Positions 57,659 through 64,000 of a stretch of 64,000 nt of DNA are shown here, piece after piece (position 1 is the first letter of the stretch; each line of letters opens with the position of its first letter). The notes beneath the pieces were generated by a model. The model was not told where the DNA came from. It made no database searches and was given only the letters and a program-made list of their open reading frames with translations. The translations under genes and the position numbers were made by a program. The stretch comes from Macrostomum lignano (lineage: Eukaryota). The stretch lies in contig NIVC01000103.1 in assembly GCA_002269645.1 (NCBI GenBank), positions 124,001-188,000 on the forward strand. Direction: 5' to 3'.

Positions 57659-60598
57659 CATCCCACTGACCTGGCCACAGTCAGCGCCGCCACCCGGGTT
57701 TCCAGCTCAGCCCGCTCCGTCTCCAGCTCGCGCACCTCGGCCGCCAGCCCGTCCAGCTGGTCCTGCCGCTTCTTCCGGCACCGCGCCGCGGCCGCCCGAT
57801 TTCGTTCGCGCCGACGATTCGCCCGCCGCTGCCAGGCGTCGTCCGGCGCTGGCGCCGATTTTGTCGTCGACGCAGCAGCGGCCGACTGTCTTGCCTGACG
57901 CACCTGCGGCGGTCGCTGCTTTGAGTCTCCGCGATTAGGATTGAGCCTCATCTGTTGCGAAAGCATGTTTGTAATAAAAGTCTCCGACTGTTTTGTCTAT
58001 TGTTAAGAACTGCACATGATTTACGAGCATACATTAAACGGTTGGTGGCGGTGAGGGACCAGTTTTTTAGCGCCACATAAACTCATTTTAGCGCCACCAC
58101 AGATATCAAGTTTGGTGCTATATCAGATATCAAGTTTGTTAGTTTGGCGCCACCACAGATATCAAGTTTGGCGCCATATCAGATATCAAGTTTGTTAGTT
58201 TGGCGCCACATCAGATATCAAGTTTGTTAGTTTGGCGCCACCACAGATATCAACTTTGGCGCCACCAAAAAAATTAAGTTTGGAGCCACCACAGATATCA
58301 AGTTTGGAGCCACCACAGATATCAAGTTTGGCGCCATATCAGATATCAAGTTTGTTATTTTGGCGCCACATCAGATATCAAGTTTGTTAGTTTGGCGCCA
58401 CCACAGATATCAACTTTGGCGCCACCAAAAATATTAAGTTTGGCGTCACCACAGATATCAAGTTTGGCGTCACCACAGATATCAAGTTTGCAGCCACCAC
58501 AGATATCAAGTTTGGAGCCACCACAGATATCAAGTTTGGCGCCACATCAGATATCAAGTTTGGCGCCATATCAGATATCAAGTTTGGCGTCACCACAGAT
58601 ATCAAGCTTACCGCCACCACAGATATCAAGTTTGGCGCCACATCAGATATCAAGTTTGGCGCCATATCAGATATCAAGTTTGTTAGTTTGGCGCCACATC
58701 AGATATCAAGTTTGTTAGTTTGGCGCCACCACAGATATCAACTTTGGCGCCACCAAAAATATGAAGTTTGGCGCCACCACAGATATCAAGTTTGGCGCCA
58801 CCACATATATCAATTTTGGCGCCATATCAGATATCATGTTTGGCGCCACATCAGATATCAAGTTTGGCGCCACATCAGATATTAAGTTTGGCGCCATATC
58901 AGATATCAAGTTTGGCGCCATGTCAGATATCAAGTTTGGCGCCATATCAGATATCAAGTTTGGCGTCACCACAGATATCAAATTTGGCGCCACATCAGAT
59001 ATCAAGTTTGGCGTCACCACAGATATCAAGTTTGGCGCCACATCAGATATCAAGTTTGGCGTCACCACAGATATCAAATTTGGCGCCACATAAGATATCA
59101 AGTTTGGCGTCACCACAGATATCAAGTTTTGCGCGGCTGACCACGCGTCATCTGTCTAACGAATCTAACCACTTCTCAAGAAATGCTCAAATTTTACAGT
59201 CGCGAACCTTTCCCAGTCCAGCGGACATGCTGACGGGTCCAGTCACCGAAGACAGCGATGTCGATGACGTCACCACCACCTCCTGATGAGCGATGTCGCT
59301 GGAATCAGATGAGGGAAAGTCCTGCATGCGGTGCAGTACCGGCTGCTGCTGGTGCTGCACATGATGGAACTGCCACTGAGTGCCGGCTGAACCGTTGAAG
59401 ATAAAGTCGACTGTAGGACTGTACGCTGTTGTCTGTGGAGTTGGGATTTTGATTTATGACAATCTTCTTTGTGATTTATTGGGGTTCTTGTTGATCATTT
59501 CTTGGAATCGGGTTCTGCTACGAAGTTGTAGACTTTCTATGAAATCTTAACATGAGGAAGTTAACAAGGGATTTTCAGGGACCTTAGGTGGAGTGTGAGA
59601 TTTCAGGTGGAGTGTGAGATTTCAGGTGGAGTGTGGGTGGGATCTCAGGTGGAGTGTGAGATCTCAGGTGGAGTGTGGGATCTCAGGTGGAGTGTGAGAT
59701 TTCAGGTGGAGTGTGAGTGGGATCTCAGGTGGAGTGTAAGATCTTAGGTGGAGTGTGGGATCTCAAATGAAGTGTGGGATCTTCAGATGGAGTGCGGGAT
59801 CTCAAATGAAGTGTGGGATCTCAAATGAAGTGTGGGATCTCAAATGAAGTGTGGGATCTCAGATGAAGTGTGGGATCTCAGGTGAAGTGTGGGATCTCAA
59901 ATGAAGTATGGGACATCAGGTGAAGTGTGGGATCTCAAATGAAGTGTGGGATCTCAGATGAAGTGTGGGATCTCAGGTGAAGTGTGGGATCTCAGGTGAA
60001 GTGTGGGATCTCAAATGAAGTATGGGACATCAGGTGAAGTGTGGGATCTCAAATGAAGTATGGGACATCAGGTGAAGTGTGGGATCTCAAATGAAGTGTG
60101 GGATCTCAGATGAAGTGTGGGATCTCAGGTGAAGTGTGGGATCTCAGATGAAGTGTGGGATCTCAGGTGAAGTGTGGGATCTCAGGTGAAGTGTGGGATC
60201 TCAGGTGAAGTGTGGGATCTCAAATGGAGTATGGGACATCAGGTAACCGTGTAAGGACCCTAGGTAAACTTAGGATCTCAGAAAACATGTACATGTAGAA
60301 TCTCGGGTAAACTGTTTGATCTCATATTAGGTGAACTTGACCGTCATAACGTCAGGTGAAAATGCATACCGGTATTGAATTTCAATTAAAAGAGCGAGCA
60401 CACCTGTGGATAAGCCTGCGAGGCTGCAGCCCCGTGGCCAGTGGCATACGCAGTCGCCGACGGTGCCACGGTGGCAGCGACGGTCGCGGCGGGAAACGGG
60501 CAATTCTCCACGTCGTCGGGCGTTTTAGCAATGAGAAACTCGTTAAAACAGCCACCTTCGATTCGTTTGTGCCGCAACACTTTCAGGCCTTTCACCAT
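56733..60598 (-). CDS. Fos/ATF3-like bZIP transcription factor, exons 60598-60404, 59432-59208, 57951-57671, 56940-56733 (302 aa)
   Basis: Phases 0,0,2 are consistent. Basic region [19 protein letters not shown], zipper [25 protein letters not shown], and post-zipper [11 protein letters not shown] (the HxxxC motif of Fos/ATF3). Confidence 0.82.
56955..57662. repeat. Compound microsatellite (ATCA)n/(ATCC)n/(ATCT)n in bZIP intron 3
   Basis: Tetranucleotide variants fill the intron. Confidence 0.97.
58091..59128. repeat. Intronic ~24-bp minisatellite (agatatcaagtttggcgccaccac)
   Basis: Direct repetition; many units contain TTTGGCGC. Confidence 0.96.
59590..60245. repeat. Intronic 19-bp minisatellite (gggatctcaggtgaagtgt)
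   Basis: Period 19 counted directly. Confidence 0.95.
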
Positions 60599-62089
60599 GG
60601 TGTCGATAACTTTATGCCGATGATGCTGAGCTGGCTGGTTAGAGATTTAGTCAGCGATTCTTTTCTGTGCAGTTTTCTCTGCTGAGTCAAACTGGATTTC
60701 ACCTTCTCTCTGCAGCATTTGGCATTAAATTTAGTCAGACCGAGGGGTTGGTGTCCCCCCTCCGCTGGGAGGGGTTAGTCAGTCCAAGATTAGAACGCCA
60801 ACACTCCTGCCGAAACTGCCAAATTTGGAAAATAGCTAGCCCTCAAATAGGAGTGTACAGGAGTGTACACTGGGGCTGAGAGGTAGCAGGCGGGATTCCC
60901 CAGCCAAATGAAGGGCGCGAGTTGGGGTGAATCACGCATCGACAACCCCTGCGCTGAGCTAAAAATAGACTCTAAATCACTCCGGGGCTCGTGAGGGCAA
61001 GTTGGTGCATTTTTTGCGTAGCGATTCTAGGCGGGGGAAACCTCATTTTGTCTCTATTCTCCGTCCTTTTTATGTTAAATATGCAAATGTTAGAAGATAG
61101 GTAAGAACATGCTGAGGCAAGCAGTTTTTTTATTTACTTACGATCTCAACAGATGACTTACTGCTGTACATGTATAAGTTAAATATGCTGTTCAATGCTG
61201 TTGATTTTGTAAGTTGCTGTTGATGTTGATGTCAATGATGCTGTATGCTGTAGCGATTACATTAAATACCATTAGCGTAATAAAGCCCGCAGCAGCTAGG
61301 GGCTGATGCGCTAAAACATTGAAATAGAAAGTTAAACTGAAATAGTAAGATTGGTGATGCTGCATGCGCTTTTGAGTCTTATTCAAAGTTATAGTGAAGA
61401 GTCAAAGGGAATATAATATGCATTGATTTTCTAGTGCACGTAAAATCTAACGCTTTATAAATTTTTGCAATTTCAAAGAAATTATACATGTCGATACCAT
61501 AATGACACGTCATGTGAATTTTAATCGTAGACCAATCGGAGGACTTATTTGTAGACCAATTTTCGATGAACTACACTTACGAGAAAATACATGTACACTG
61601 TACATTAACATGTACTAATTAAGTACGAACCAAAATAATTAGTTTGATTTGGGAATCTCTAGCATTAAAAAGGCTCGCTTCTAGGGAATGATTAGTTAAA
61701 AGATACTTACTTTGAGACAAAGCAGTAAAAAAATAAGACGGAAAAATCATCTGAAGGGCTACTTTGAGTATTATCATTCGAGCTACCTGACCTACTTCAT
61801 TCGAAGCCTACTCCACTCTTCACTTTGTCATCTTTCCGGGTTTTCATTTTTTAATGATTAGTTATGATAAACAAAACATCTAAAAGTTTTTGAAAAGAAA
61901 ACAAATTTTTAAAGAAAAAACAATATTAGTGTATATGTTTTAAAAGAAATATGCACATAAATTATACTGAATTTTCTAGCTTTAACTAAAACCAGTCCTG
62001 TATTAATATTTTGAAAAATACAGTTAGCAAAGCAAAGGTTTACATCAAATGCCTAGTGTTGGTTTAACAACAAAGTAAGGAATTTTATC

Positions 62090-64000
62090 ATGACGGATAA
62101 GGAAACAACTCAGGAACCAAAGTCTGGTGGTGAGGAGGTTAAGAAAGAGAAGAAGGTGGTTGGTAAGTTTGGGTTTCGTTTTATAAGAATGTGTGATAAT
62201 TTTTGTAAGAAATTTTTGTAAAAAAATATAAAATTTTTAGGGTTTTGACTTTTGAGTGCAGTGTAATTGCTGTCGAATTGCTTTTTTACCTATTATTTTT
62301 TACAGCATAAAAACGCAATTTAAGGCTTATCCTTAGACCTAACAAAAGGTCACATTTAGGACTATAAATTGAACTTGAAGATAACCTGCTATGAACATTG
62401 CAGGGTTTTCTTTTTTGCCAGAGAAAAGGTGCAAAATCGCACCTTATGCTCACTTTCATGGTGTAATTTTATGGCTCAATGTGCAATTTCTCTTATTTCT
62501 TTTTTTAAGGCAGTGCAAAGGAAGCTTCACTGGAAAAATAGATTATGAGACTGCATCTACTTTTCAATTTCAGGGTGCAATTTTAAAATTTAGGGTGCAT
62601 ATACACATTAAAATGCATCATTTAATTTAATTGCCATTGCTTTTAAGAAACAGTTATAAAAAGATTAAATTAAAAAAAAGTAATATTAAGTTAGATTAGT
62701 TTTGTTCTGGTCTTTTGAAAAGAAAAAACATGGATCTTTTCCTACAAATATTAGGCCTAGTTAAATTTCAAATTTATTGATCTAATTCAAAGCCTATAAT
62801 ATAATGTCAATAATATAATAATTTATTATTTTGTTTGTTATATATAGTAGTTAATTAACATTTCTAATCATTTTTTTTTCAATATGATTATTTTTTTCAA
62901 AAAAAAGTCATTGCATTAGGCTGATTAGTTAAAAAATTCATTTTACATAAAAAATTTATAGATTTTATAAATTATAAATTATATATATATATATTATTCA
63001 ATTGTCTAACCAAGGGAAAAGGGTGGTTGCCCCTTCCAAGTAAAGACTAAAAAAAACAAAGGGCAACTAAGCAATTTGCCAAAATATAAAGCTATCTCTT
63101 CTGTCTTTATCTTCTTTTTATAATCAAAATCATGCTAAGTGCATACCTGAAAAAAAATAAATACAAATGAATGCCAAAAAAATTTAGTGCACACCTATAA
63201 TCTCAAATCTATGTTGACAATAAATAAATGACTTTTTGCATTGCAACAATAAATGACCTTTTTGTGTTAGATAAAGAATCCTTTTTGGTAGATAATTTGG
63301 TTGCATCTTTTTTGCCTATACTATTTATAGTAGAAAATCAATGATCACAAACATTTGTTTAAATGCCTTATTATGAATTTTAAAACCAAAAAGTTTCAAT
63401 TTTTTTCAAAATGAACTTTTCAATCTTTTCCCCTTAATATAATCTAATGATAATGTTTGTATATATAATTATATATTCTTCTACATGATTCTATGAAGTC
63501 CATGCCAGGTGTGCATGCACACTATTTTCTTAGGAGTCATGCACACCAACTATGCACGCCTAACTTTTGGTATACAAGGCCAATGCATGCCTGAATTTTT
63601 GGGCATATACTACTTGATCTGGAGTGTGGCCCCTTTTGGGTCTTTATCTTCCAGAATTTGCCTGAATGACTAAAATTTTTCATTTTTATATAAGCAAAGC
63701 ATATGCAAGAATATAATGGATTGCTAACCTAGCCAATCTTGGATTCACTTCAATGCAGAAATAGAATAGATTGCTAATCTAGCCAATCATGGGTGCAGCA
63801 ACAGAATGGATTGCTAATGCAGCCTGTATGGATAGTGAAATGCCTGCCATTAAAAAACCTTTCAACCATCCCCTCCCCAGCCACCAAGGTGACAGGCACT
63901 GTCAAATGGTTCAATGTCAAGAACGGCTACGGTTTCATCAATCGAGATGACAACAAAGACGACATATTCGTGCACCAGACTGCCATTATTAAGAACAATC
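62090..64000 (+). CDS. YBX1: Y-box binding (cold-shock domain) protein, partial: exon 62090-62162, exon 63881 to the window end
   Basis: Phase-1 splice G|gtaagt...ccccag|CC gives [45 protein letters not shown], which is the YBX cold-shock domain. Confidence 0.95.

Noticed and set aside
62060-62090. Spliced-leader-like GGTTTAA...GTAAG upstream of YBX
   Set aside because: Only a 7-nt match to the start of nematode SL1; there is no Sm site or SL RNA structure.

Overview
Eukaryotic (metazoan) genomic DNA, not prokaryotic. GC-rich exons are separated by introns and spacers that are largely filled with unrelated mini- and microsatellites. This pattern, plus splice acceptors just upstream of start codons, resembles the flatworm Macrostomum (inference, not verified). 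Genes reconstructed by hand from splice sites and reading phase: a shortened, apparently non-catalytic neprilysin/M13-like protein; an orphan coiled-coil ORF; a 4-exon TNF-superfamily ligand that the ORF track shows only as fragments; two tandem hnRNP L paralogs (one intronless, one with a single intron); NIT2 omega-amidase; a minus-strand cNMP-binding-domain gene with one unresolved exon; an orphan two-TM gene; two tandem bZIP genes (one Fos/ATF3-like); and the 5' part of a Y-box gene. Mobile DNA: a 2.2-kb element bounded by inverted repeats with an internal AP-1/CRE/CCAAT/TATA promoter, a LINE 3' relic, a CORE-like tRNA-SINE and two hAT-type MITEs. About 28 tandem arrays are present. Most long ORFs in the track are artefacts of repeats or antisense reading. 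The strongest leads are the TNF ligand, the pseudo-neprilysin, the promoter-bearing element, possible intron gain by AG|GT duplication, a foldback satellite intron, and satellites whose units are transcription-factor motifs (X-box, E2F).
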